64,000 nucleotides of DNA from Carcharhinus amblyrhynchos (taxonomy: Eukaryota). The translations under genes and the position numbers were made by a program. Below the pieces are notes generated by a model. The model saw nothing but the letters and a program-made list of their open reading frames with translations, was not told the DNA's origin and searched no databases. The DNA lies in NCBI GenBank assembly GCA_965287045.1, contig OZ336887.1:34472001-34536000 (forward strand), in the 5' to 3' direction. This document shows positions 12,395 through 24,400 of this stretch, in pieces (position 1 is the first letter of the stretch; each line of letters begins with the position of its first letter).

Positions 12395-14761
12395 TGGAGC
12401 CGACGAGGGAGCGAGCTATCTTGGATCTGGTGCTATGTAATGAGGCAGGTAGAATTAGGGAACTTGCGGTGAAGGATCCTCTTGGGGAGAGTGATCATTG
12501 TATGGTGGAGTTTCTGGTGCAGATGGAGGAGGAGAAAGTGGGTTCCCGGACGCGCGTCCTTTGTTTGAACAGAGGGGAGTACGGAAGGATGAGAGAAGAA
12601 TTGGCGAATGTGGACTGGGGGAGCGCGTTGGAAGGTAGGTCTGCTGAGGAGCAGTGGAGGATCTTTAAGGAGATCTTTCTTGGTGCTCAGCAGAAATGTA
12701 TTCCGATGGTCAAAAAGGACCGTAGGAGGAGAGGTAATAAGCCGTGGATAACGAAGGAGGTGAAGGAAAGTGTTAAATTAAAAGCAGAGGCGTTTAGAGT
12801 AGCTAAGAGTAGTGGGCGAGAAGAGGATTGGGAGAGGTTTAAATGTCAACAAAGATTGATAAAGAAGGGTAGGAGAAACTATGAAGCTGGGCTAGCGCTT
12901 AATATAAAAAAGGATAGCAAGAGTTTTTATAAATATATAAAAAGGAAGAGGCTGGCTAGGGTGAACGTTGGTCCCTTAGAGGATGAGAAGGGGGACTTAG
13001 TGGTAGGGGATGGGGAAATGGCTGAGGTCTTGAATAACTTTTTTGTTTCGGTCTTCACGGAGGAGGACGTGAATAATTTGCCGGATGTTAGAGATGGAAA
13101 GGTGGTAGGACTGGACGGTCTCGATGACATTACTGTTACTAGAGAGGTGGTGCTAGACAGACTGGAGGGGCTGATTGTGGACAAGTCCCCAGGACCGGAT
13201 GGAATGCATCCGAGGGTCCTGAAAGAAATGGCAGAGGTGATAGTGGATGCCTTGGTGGTTATTTTCCAGACGTCACTAGATTCCGGGGAAGTGCCGGAAG
13301 ATTGGAAAATGGCTAATGTTACGCCATTGTTTAAGAAGGGTGCCAGGCAAAAGGTGGGGAATTGTAGGCCTGTTAGTTTAACGTCTGTTGTAGGTAAAAT
13401 GTTAGAATCCGTCATCAAGGAGGAAATAGCGAGGCATCTTGAGGGGAACTGCTTGATAGAGCAGACGCAGCACGGTTTCGTTAAAGGGAAGTCGTGTCTG
13501 ACAAATTTACTGGAGTTCTATGAGGATGTGTCTAGGGCGGTGGGTAGAGGAGAGCCGGTGGATGTGGTCTTTCTTGATTTTCAGAAGGCGTTTGACAAGG
13601 TACCTCACAAGAGGTTATTGCAGAAGGTCAGGGGGCATGGAGTTGGGGGTAGGGTGTTAGCGTGGATAGAGGACTGGTTGTCAAATAGGAGGCAGAGAGT
13701 GGGGGTCAATGGGTGCTATTCGGATTGGCGGATGGTGACTAGTGGAGTGCCCCAGGGGTCGGTGCTGGGGCCTCTGCTATTTACCATTTACATAGGTGAT
13801 CTGGAGGAGGGAACCGAGTGTAGGGTGTCGAAATTTGCTGATGACACCAAAATTGGTGGAAAGGTAAATTGTGCGGAGGGTGGTGAGAGTCTACAGAAGG
13901 ATCTAGATAGGCTGGGCGAATGGGCCAGGAAATGGCAAATGGAATTTAATGTTGGCGAGTGCGAGGTGGTCCACTTTGGTAGGAATAATGGTAGGAAGGA
14001 TTATTACTTACGTGGAGAAAAACTGCAGCAGGCGACAGTGCAGAGGGACCTCGGGGTCCTTGTGCATGAGTCGCAAAAACCCAGCTTGCAGGTGCAGCAG
14101 GTGGTCAGGAAGGCGAATGGGATGCTGGCCTTCATCGCGAAGGGGATTGAATATAAAAGTAGGGAGGTCTTGCTGCGGCTGTATAGGGCATTGGTGAGGC
14201 TGCAGCTGGAGTACTGTGTGCAGTTTTGGGCGCCGTACTTACGCAAGGATATTTTGGCCTTGGAGGGAGTGCAGAGGAGGTTTACTAGGCTGATGCTGGA
14301 GTTGAGAGGGTTGAGCTATGAGGAGAGGCTGAATAAATTAGGCTTGTACTCGTTAGAGTTTAGAAGAATGAGGGGAGATCTCATTGAGACGTATGATGAA
14401 TGGGATGGATAGGATAGAGGTGGAGAGACTCTTCCCGCTCAGAAAGGGCAGTAGGACTAGGGGGCACAGCCTCAAGATAAAGGGGGGGCGGTTTAGAACG
14501 GAGTTGAGGAGGAACTTCTTCACTCAAAGAGTGGTGAATCTCTGGAATTCTCTGCCCGTTGAAGTGGTGGAGGCTACCTCGCTAAATATTTTTAAGACGC
14601 GGGTTGATGGGTTTTTGAGAAGAGAGGGGATTAAGGGTTATGGGGAGAGGGCAGGAATGTGGAACTGAGCCACGACAGATCAGCCATGATCTTATTGAAT
14701 GGCGAGGTAAGCTCGAAGGGCTAGTTGGCCTACTCCTGCTCCTATTTCTTATGTTCTTATG
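12395..14761 (+). mobile_element. 5'-truncated CR1 LINE (family with TTCTTATG tail), antisense in AMDHD2 intron 1
   Basis: ORF 12337-14412 carries the end of APE (SDHC) and a full RT (FADD). A frameshift near 14395 continues into ORF 14384-14668. The element ends in a (TTCTTATG)n tail and abuts a SINE at its 5' end. Confidence 0.93.
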
Positions 14762-16550
14762 ACCTACTTAGGTGCGACTAGGGATGACGACTAAACGCTG
14801 GTCTTATTAGCAATGCTCACATTCCATGAATGACTGAAAAAAATCTAACTTCTTATAAATATGGACAAGCTGAGGCCTGAATTTGATATGAGAGATCAGC
14901 ATAGTGAATTCACTCTATATTGGGGGGTATCACAGTGATCACAGGTTTGGCAACAATGGAACATTAGTATATTATCTTCTGCCCTTTAGACACCTTACTC
15001 TAATATCAGGAAAGGTCTTCAGACTGAAAAAAGCATATGTGCTCTTTGTTCCATAGCTGTTAGACCTATCCTGAGCATACATAGGGGCTGAATTAGCAGT
15101 GACAGAACCACCATGTAGAAATTATACCATAATAAAAATGAGGCATTAAGTGCAGGAATCAGCAAAGGAGGCAAGAATCAGACAATCACCAAGTAATCAC
15201 CACTGAAAAGATCTATTTCATAAAATAAAAATAACAGACGTTTACTGTGTTGTTCAAGACAACAAGAGGATCTGCTTACCCCAGATTCCTGCGAATCATC
15301 AAAATCCACTCAATCAGGTAAATGGGACTCAAGTCCTGTAAACAGCACCTCAGCCCTTCAGAGTCCTTCCCTCAATTGCTGCACTGAAATGTCAAACAAC
15401 CTGTCCTAATCCAAAATGGAACTTGAACCCATGACTTTTGGACTTAAAGAAAGTGCTATCAAGTGAGCTACAGCTGATACCCTGAATTATTGCTTTCTCA
15501 ACTTTTTTTTTGCCATAAAATTTCATTCAACAATTTGCAGATGGTAGGGGTAATGTATATGCATTCTGCTCTGATATCACTCAGCTGTACATAAAACATG
15601 GCCCCAAGCAATGAAAGCACCACATGAGGAACATCAGAATTTTGTTTCAGTCAGGTTAAAGTTTCAATTTTGAAATGCATCTTTCACAGCACAGCATCTA
15701 GATTCATAGAATTAGAAGCAGTAGTAATAGTACTACATAGTACTAATTGGATAAGAGTAAAATACTCCAGATGCTGAAATCTGAACCCCTGGAAGAGAAG
15801 TGACAGTGAGTGGCAACTGACGAAGCTCTGATTCAAAAAGTTGGCTTTATTTTCTCTCCACAGATGCTGTCAGACTGTTCGGATCTTCCAGCATTTTCTG
15901 TTTTTGTAGTACCAATTCGATAACTCTTCCAAAGAATTGGAACAGACACAGGGGGCCAAATGGCCTCCTGCGGTCAAGATTTTATGCTTCCTCAGCAACA
16001 GATTATGTTGTTCTGTTTTCTCTTTACACGGAACTACAACCTTCACATTTTGCAAGGACATCTCGTGCATTACCTCAGCTGCTGAAGTGGACCGGAATGT
16101 GAAAAACCGAAGTCCAGTATTCACCTTGCTCCTTATCACAGTCAGTCTCTCCTGTCCTCACTGTGAAGGAGCAGCCACAGTGTAACTAAGCCCCCTCTCA
16201 ACTGGAAGCAAAGCTTTCTGATCATTCCTTCTCCCGTTCCCTCCTTAACCCAGTGAGATGGTGGGTTCAACTCTCACTCCAGAGACTGGAGCACACACTC
16301 GGGAGGTGCTGCCTTTCGGATGAGACGTTAAATGGACAACCTTTCAAACAGAAGTTTAAAAGACCCCAGAAATTATTACGAAGTGCTGCCCTAGACCATT
16401 ATTCATCCCTTAATTCCCATCACAAACACAGTTCCTTTGCTCATCTGCTGTTTTGCCACAGGTTGTTGCCTGTAAACCGCTGTTTACACAGTGCCTGATG
16501 GCCGGCCGGGAAAGGTGAGCTGACACCGGCTCCCTCAGCAGTCCCTTTAC

Positions 16551-16590
16551 CTGCCGCTTCGCTCGCATCACGTGACTGCCGCCAACACCG
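16551..16590 (-). other. AMDHD2: Probable non-coding first exon of AMDHD2
   Basis: Minus-strand donor CAG|GTAAAG (plus strand tttac at 16546-16550) inside the CpG island. The first coding exon has an acceptor at 10840, upstream of its ATG. The TSS is not determinable from sequence. Confidence 0.6.
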
Positions 16591-16619
16591 CGCACGCGCC
16601 CTACCATTATTGACGACGC

Positions 16620-16782
16620 AAAATGGCGGCCGTGGCATTTCCGGTGCGGGAGCTGTTCACTCTGAACCACATCCGGGAGGTGTGGGCCGCCATGTCGGGT
16701 AGCGGGAAACGGGGGCAGGGAGGGGACCGAAGTTGCCCTGTGCCGATACTTAACTCTGTCAGTCCCTGGCTCCGCCACTGGA
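16620..16782 (+). other. SLX4: Probable non-coding first exon of SLX4
   Basis: Donor GA|GTGAGT at 16783. The next exon has an acceptor ttcgcag| at 18316, upstream of the ATG at 18403. The start coordinate is approximate. Confidence 0.55.
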
Positions 16783-18402
16783 GTGAGTATCAGCCCGAGA
16801 CAGACAACTGCAGCGGCGGATCGGGCTGTTTTGTTGATAGTTTTGAGCAAACTGGATAAAAGGCTGATCTGTCTTGGGGTGGAGAAGTGTCCCAGAGAGG
16901 GGATGAAAGGGTTAAAGGCCTGGTTCAGACTGAATGCAGAAGTTTCAAGGGTGATTAATGGAATAATTTTAAATGACTGAAGCTTATGATAAGGATAGAG
17001 ACAAACCTCTAATGAGAGGAGGTCTTCAGAACAAGGAACAGAAACTTGAACATTAGAATCAGGCTGTTAATTAAATTAGAAAATGCTGGAAAGACTGTGG
17101 ACAGGGAAATTGAGTTAATGTTTTGAGTCTGTATGACTCAATTTTGTTGGATTGGAGTATGAAGGGTTATGAGACCAGGGTCTTAACTTGAGTCAAGATA
17201 GAGGTCAGTAATAATCTAATTGAATAACAAGAGACTAGAGGGGCTGCCTGGACTCCTACACAAATAGAATACCATTTGGTACTTTTAGGTCATCTGCACT
17301 ATTCAATAAGGTCATGGCTGATCCATCAACCTCAATCCTTTCTGCATTATCTTGATTCTCTTAGTAAACAAAACAATCTTTGTTTTGAATATATTCAATG
17401 AATGAGCATTGTCAACTCTCGAAGATGGAGAATTCCAAAGATTTGCAAAAAAAACTCCTTATCTCAATCCTAAATGACCAACCCCTGATTCTGACACTGC
17501 GATCCCTTGTTCTAATTTTCCCAGCCAGGGCAAATATTCTCCCAGCATCTACCCTTGTCAAGCCCCTCAAGAATTCTACATTTTGATGAAATCACTGCTC
17601 ATTCCAGATTTTAGGAAAAAGGTCTAATTTCCTTCTCAGGCAAATGCATCTTTTCTTACATAAGGGCACAAAACTGTACGTGGTACTCACAGGTGTGGTT
17701 TCACCAAAGCGCAATGTAATTTGAGTAAGGCTTGATGACTCTTATACTCCAATGCCTTTGTAATAGAGACTGATATGCCTTGTTTTCCTGTTCACTTGCT
17801 TTGTCTGCATGAATACTTTCTGTGATTCACATACAAGGACATCGCCTGTTCCTTTGTTTAACACACATTGTGATATGTAATGCTTCAGTTGGAATTTGAG
17901 TTGTTATGGCAGCATGCACTTTTGCATGCATGTTGTAGTCTTGATCTATGGAGAGTGATGGTTGAGGCTTCAACTTTCTTTCCATTACGTGGCTGACCAG
18001 GAATCTGTACTACTCTTACCACCTGCCAGTGGTATGTGTTGAAAGGATTTGCAGGTGTCACTGTGTTATGAATGTACCTTCCATCCTTCACCATTAAGTT
18101 CTAGAGTGGGATTTGAACTTGGAGCTTCTGGCACACAGACTGTGCCTCTCATCAACATACATTAAGTGATGCCAAAAATTGATTTGAGATGCCAGTAAAT
18201 TACAGGAAGGAGAACTGTGTGAGGCTGGTGGGTGAAAGATTTCCACAGGGCTGAGGTATAAGGGAAGGATTTGTTTTCGGTGTAATTAAGCTTTCTTTTT
18301 GGTGTTTTGTTCGCAGGCAATTGGAAAACAAAAAGATGGTTTCAAATTGTGGCCATGTCTGACTTCTAATGTTCGCTTTATAACAAAATTCACTTTGAAC
18401 TG

Positions 18403-21400
18403 ATGGATGAATCAGATGATGATTTTGTTGAACACTGCAAGACAGCATCCAGGTACCCAGTTGAAGGTGGAGGGAAGAAATGCAAATCCGCAGGTTGGAA
18501 CCGCACAAATTCCTTTGAAGCAAAGATAAAGTTAAAAGGAAAACAAACATCAATCAGTGAGGTAAACTACAGTAACAAGAGCAAAGCCCACAGTGATGGG
18601 GCAACAAAGAGCCATCAGACTGGGACAACTGAATATCAGGCACATGATCCTCCTGCTCCTCCATGCAGCAGACAAGTGTGTGTAAGAATTGAGGATGTCA
18701 CAGTGCTTCGGCCTTCAGAACCTAAGGCTTCATCACAGTACTCTGGGACTGTTGCGATTAACAATGGTTTAACAGGTGAGATATCGATTAATTTTTTAAA
18801 AGTTTGGAAAATAAACTCTATCGAACTAGATTTTTTTGTAAATGCAAAATGTCAAGCAATTCTTGGGGCAATGAAGAGTTATATATAGAACATCAGTGCT
18901 CAGGGAGTGCTGCACAGTCAGAGGGGCAGTGCTGAGGGAGCGCTGTGCAGTTGGTGGGGGGGCAATGCCGAGGGAATGCCGCGCAGCAGGAGGAACAGTG
19001 TTGGGGGAGTGCTATGCAATTGGGGGAGCAGTGCTGAGGGAGTGCTGCACAGTTGGGGAGACCGTGCTGCACGCGCAAAGGAGCAGCAGTGTGGGCGTGC
19101 CATGTGCTCAGAGGGGCAATGGTCTGGATATGCCATGCACTTCAAAGGGCAGCTATGCACAAAGGGCAGCGCTGGGGCTGACCATACTGTCAGAGGGTCA
19201 GTGGCATATGCTTTCATGTTGTGCAGAATAGAAATCTAGAAAATTTAAGGGGAGAAAGCAGTAATCTTTTTAAAATGCGAGGATGACACTGACAAACAAA
19301 AACTTTCAAACTGAATTTGAGCACTTTTCATGTTCAGGTTATATATTGCACCAAATCTTGTGACATTCAAACATTGATTCTGCTAGAGTGGAGCATTTAG
19401 AAAGGTGATTAATTTTGAAGAATTATGACAAGAATTTGGTTTGTGCCAGTGGTACTCACTTGGATGTTACACGTGGTCCTTCTTATTTGCAGATACTATA
19501 TGGACTAGCAACCGTGGCCATTCAACAATTAAGAAGAAAACTGTCAGCAAAGGTCTAGGTGTAAAAGAACGAGTTCTGGGAAATATGCAGAAGTTTCGAA
19601 GGAAGGAACCTGAGCGTTTGAGACACAGCAATGATGAGAAAATACTGCCAGCTTGTACCATCCAAGAGGATGAGAAGAATAAGGAATTCTGTCCCTTGGA
19701 CACAAACAGGGAGAATGATGGAAGAGACAGTCAGTCAGCCGCAGCATCTCTTCCTGGACCATCTGTTCCAAAGGAAGACGGTTAGTTTATCAAATGTTCA
19801 ATTCTCTGTTCCAAGATTAACCATTAATCAGATACACAGGCCAGTTGCCTATGACAAGTCTAAATTGAAATATGTCAACCATTAGAGCTTAATGAGAGTA
19901 GGAACAACACAGGGTTCATCCTGTGTTCAATTCCCCAGGCAGTACAATGGTTTGCTTGATCAAACGCTATGCTCCCCATTTCTGTGGGGATACATGTTAC
20001 TATTGCACTAGGCTGTACTGCCTTATTTACTATTTTTAATATATGGCTATTTACATTCTAGTGATACCTGACCTGAATTAACTGCATTTTCACCACGATC
20101 ATTTACGCTATACTGATACAGCAAACCTAATCTGTATTTCAATAGGACATTATTCCCTTATTAAATGAGGAAGACCTTTTTTTAATCTCTTCCTGTCACG
20201 TGATGTAGTTACTAGCAAAACTTAGCAGCCATTATACCAATGATGAGGACAAATTGGCTAGAGTGGAGAATAGGAAAGCTGAACAGAAAAGCTGAGATGG
20301 GGAAGCAGAAAGTCCCATGGAAAATGTCTTAAGTAGCTTAGTAGACTATTATCGGATGCTGAAGCTTCGATGTGGAATTTATCATGCCATCTTAACTCTG
20401 GGTGCATCAGAGCTTTGAAGCACTTCTGGTTATCTAATAATTCCCTGCTTTCTGCTTGGAAACTCTTGACAAAATAACGTTTAGAGGTAAATATATCTGT
20501 CTGCAACAGGTGACTGTCCAGGGACCACAGACAGTGATTTGGCTTTGGCATGGACAATACAACAGGAGGTCGGAGCAGCTGATGCCTACACCCTTGAAGA
20601 CAATGGGCTCTTTTTTTGTGTAATCTGTCAGAAGGATCTTTCTAACATGAACTCCACTCGACGCACACAACACACCAACAGGTGAGAAGCAGTTGAACAC
20701 AAAAACTAACTTTTCTGAACATTATGTGGTTGACATTGTTAATGTATCAAACCTGTTCTTTACAGACCAACCTTCCAGATGCTTTTTTATATTTGGTCTT
20801 AACTGACTGGAGCTCATACACTAATTATTTTATCATGTGATTCCAAATAAACCTGTTGGACTTTAACTTCTTACTGTACTATTTCATTTGACTTTTAGCT
20901 TAATTCTAGTTATGTTCTTGTAGTGAAGGAATGGAAGAAACCAGTATTTTTTTTTAAGAAAAGCCATCTGAACAGCTGTCCACTCTAGTGTGAAGCATAA
21001 CCAACCAGCACAGACAGACTAGACCAGATTTCCAGGCAAAAAGCATCAGATGACCAGAAGCACTTCAAATCTTTAATACACCAAGGGTTAAGATGACACT
21101 ATAAACTCCACAGCCAAATTTAAACATACTAAAAATAGTCAATATCAATCAAGCTATTTAAGACAACTTGCAGATATTCTGGCGCTTTCCACTCTCTGTC
21201 TCAGCTTGTAAATTGTATTAAGTTCTTTCTATTTGTTCTCACAGATGCTTGGATGAAGGAGAGCAGAGAACAGCGACAATAGCCTCTTTAAACGTACCTT
21301 CAGTTCCTGAATGTCCAATTTGTGGGAAACGTTTTAAAAGCTTCAAGAGCCGAGCAATTCACCTCAAACGCTGTGCCATTGAATTGGAGGTCCCACCACA

Positions 21401-24400
21401 ATTATTGCTGCAGGCAGTTCAGAGACAGAACTCTCAGTGTCCTGAAAGCTCAGCTTGCTCAACAAGGTAAATGACATAAAAAGCTAGAGTTGATCCTGGT
21501 CCCAGTTCTTACGCACGAGGAGATTCTGCCACTATATCCATATTGGGCTCACTCCTGCCTTTCAGACTTGCCTTCATGTTTGATTGTCTTTATCCTTTGA
21601 GGCAACTCTGGTGTCCTGCACACCCAATGCTGCTATCTCCCAATGCAATTCATTTGAATGGTCAGTGTGTCTGATGTATGCTGTATATCCACAATGAAAG
21701 TGACAAGTTTGAGTGTGTTGCACATGTTTGACATGATCACCTGAGTTCATTCTGTTCTATTCCCACAACCTTCAGTATAAATAAGGTGAGGGTGATTAGG
21801 TGTCACGATGGGTTCACATGTTCTTGCCAGATTGCTCCAGATGTGATTCCATTGCAGGATGATGGATCAAAGGTCATGGGTGGAGGGGGGCACTGGTGGT
21901 GTTAAGATGGGGGCGTGGGCTTGTTGGGCCGAAGGGCCTGTTTCCCGGGCTGTTTTTGTTCTTTGTTCTAAATCTTCCCCCCGCTCTCCAGTTCAGACAT
22001 TAAACTGGGATTCTACCTGCCCAGTTTTAAGCTCACCATCTAAGGCCTTCACTCCAGTGCACAACTGAGGAATGTTTCACTGTTGGAGGTGCTGATTTTT
22101 GGGATGATAAAGTACATTGAAGTAAGGTCAACCTATTCAAGTGTGTGTAAAATTGCATGGCATCTCTCAGATACCAGTCCCTCCATTTAAAAATATTTCA
22201 TTGGATGTGAAATACATTGACACATTTCTGAGAAGCAAAGTCAGGTACATACAAACAAACAAATTAGAAACAGGAGTAAGTAATTCAACCTGTCCAGTTT
22301 GCTCTGCCATTCAGTAAGATCATTGTTGATCTGATTGTGGCTTCAACTCCACTTACCTTCTTACATCTTTATACTCTTTTTGACTCCCTTGTCAATCAAG
22401 AATCTATCTAATTCAGCCTTAAAAATATTCAGTGACCCAGCCTTCACCGCTGTCTGGGGAAGAGATTTCCAGTCTTACGATCTGCTTACGAGAGTAAAGG
22501 TTTCTCTTCACCTCCGTCTTGAATGAGAGATTCATTCTAAACTGTGTCCCATATTCCAATCTCTCCCATAAGCACAAACATCCTTTCAGCATCCATTCTG
22601 TCAAGCCCTCTCAGGTTCTTATTGTTTCAATAAGATCACATCTCACTGTTCTAAAATATAGGCCCCATCTGTCCAAACTTTCCTCCAAACACCTTCTGCC
22701 CAGGAACCAGTTGAGTGCACCTTCTCTATGAAAGTGCAAACCTTCCTTTATGATTCCTCATAGCCTTGGGCTGTGGTTGTTACATTATCATTGCACTACA
22801 ATCAACGTCAGGTTAAAGGACTAAACAAAGCTTTTCTTGATATGACCCAGCAAAGGTTCACAGAGAGGATCTCTTGTAAGATCAGCGTCATTGACTAGCT
22901 CAGATGTATTGTAAATTAGTTATGATTTTTTCAGTGATGTTTACAAGGATATCTCCTGTGAAATACCTTGCATTGTACTTTGTCTTTTGTGTGTAAATCT
23001 CTGGATGCATGTCTGTTATGTATATAAACTTTTAAAATCTTCTTTCTTTTCTCATTTCAATTCTAAATGTCAGCCTTCAACCAGGTCGATTAAAAAGAAA
23101 AGGTTCAACAAAAGAAAATGGACTGCCAAAGAAGTGCAAGACCACCAGGGAGCAACCGGTGGATGAAGATACAATGGTCGCCATGGCACTATCTGCATCT
23201 TTGTTGGAACAGCAGAAACGGGAGCAGGAGAAACGAAACATGTCCCTGCACACTAATAACTTCAGCCTCACCAAAATAGTGACAGCAGCAGGTAGGAGCT
23301 AAACTGTGGGCGCTTGCACTTGTTAAAATGCAGTTTTACTCTTGTCTTGAATCCTTCTCCATGGAGTGTAACTTGAAAATCAGTCTGAAAATATGTTGTT
23401 ACTTATTATTCCATCAAGGCAAATAACTACACCACACAAGTTCTTTTTTTGAAATGCAAGTTCCTTTGAGCTAGTGATTACTTTCAGGGCATATTCTGAG
23501 AAACACGTCACAGTTAGGAAGAGCAAAAAGAAAAGGAGTCGTGGCACTAGGACCGCCCCAGAGGAATTACCCCGGAATATCAAGGGTGGGGCGACAGCTG
23601 GGGTAGAGAAGGCAAGGGAGGGAGATCAGAATACCTCGGAGGAAGGGAAGAGTGCAGGGTGTGAGATAGTGGTGGGGGATGGGAGAGTCAAAGGGATTGA
23701 CAGGCGGTTCTGTGGGCAAAAGCGGGAATCCAGGATGGTAGTCTGCCTCCCTGGGGCAGGGGTACAGGATGTTTCAGAAAGGGTAGAGGGAATTTTGAAG
23801 GGTGGAGGGACCAAGTCTGATGTGATAGTGCACATAGGAGAGAAGGATGTAGGAACAAAGTGCAGGGGGGACATACGTAGGCAGTTCAGGGAGTTGGGGG
23901 CTAGGCTGAAATGTAGGGCCTCCAGGGTGGCGTTCTCTGGGCTGCTGCCGGTGCCTGGGGCTAGCAGGGCTAGAAATAATGAGATACTCCAACTCAATGC
24001 GTGGTTGAAGGATTGGTGTAGGGCAGAGGGTTTTAGATTCGTAGACCATTGGGAAGTCTTTATGAAAGAGGGGCAAATATATAAGAGGGATGGGGTACAG
24101 TTAACTGGGAAGGGTGTGAATATCTTAGCTGGAAGGTTAGCTGGAGTGTTTCGGCAGTGTTTAAACTAATATGGAGGGGGGGTGGGGATGTGGACGGAAC
24201 TGGGATTGGGGATAGGGTAAGCCCGGAGGGTAGGAAGAAGGATCGGATTGTTTCTGAGTGTCTTCGGTGCATGTGTTTCAATGCTAGGAGTGTGACTGGC
24301 AAAACAGATGAACTGAAGGCAATAATGTTCGAAAGGAAGTTGGAAGTGGTGGCGGTGACAGAGACTTGGTTAAAGGAAGGGCAGGACTGGCAGTTGAATG

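Larger units (their letters stand above)
16490..16830. promoter_or_regulatory. CpG-rich bidirectional promoter between AMDHD2 and SLX4
   Basis: The only non-repeat CpG-dense patch in the window. It contains an E-box/CLEAR-like ATCACGTGAC (16567-16576), an NRF1-like CGCGCACGCGC (16589-16599), a YY1 motif AAAATGGCGGC (16620-16630) and an ETS-like TTTCCGG (16638-16644). Divergent splice donors lie at 16550 (-) and 16783 (+). Confidence 0.8.

Noticed and set aside
16410-16859. ORFs of 146 aa (-) and 78 aa (+) at the CpG island
   Set aside because: No recognisable protein. GC-rich promoter DNA is stop-poor, and the ATG at 16623 is part of a YY1 motif.
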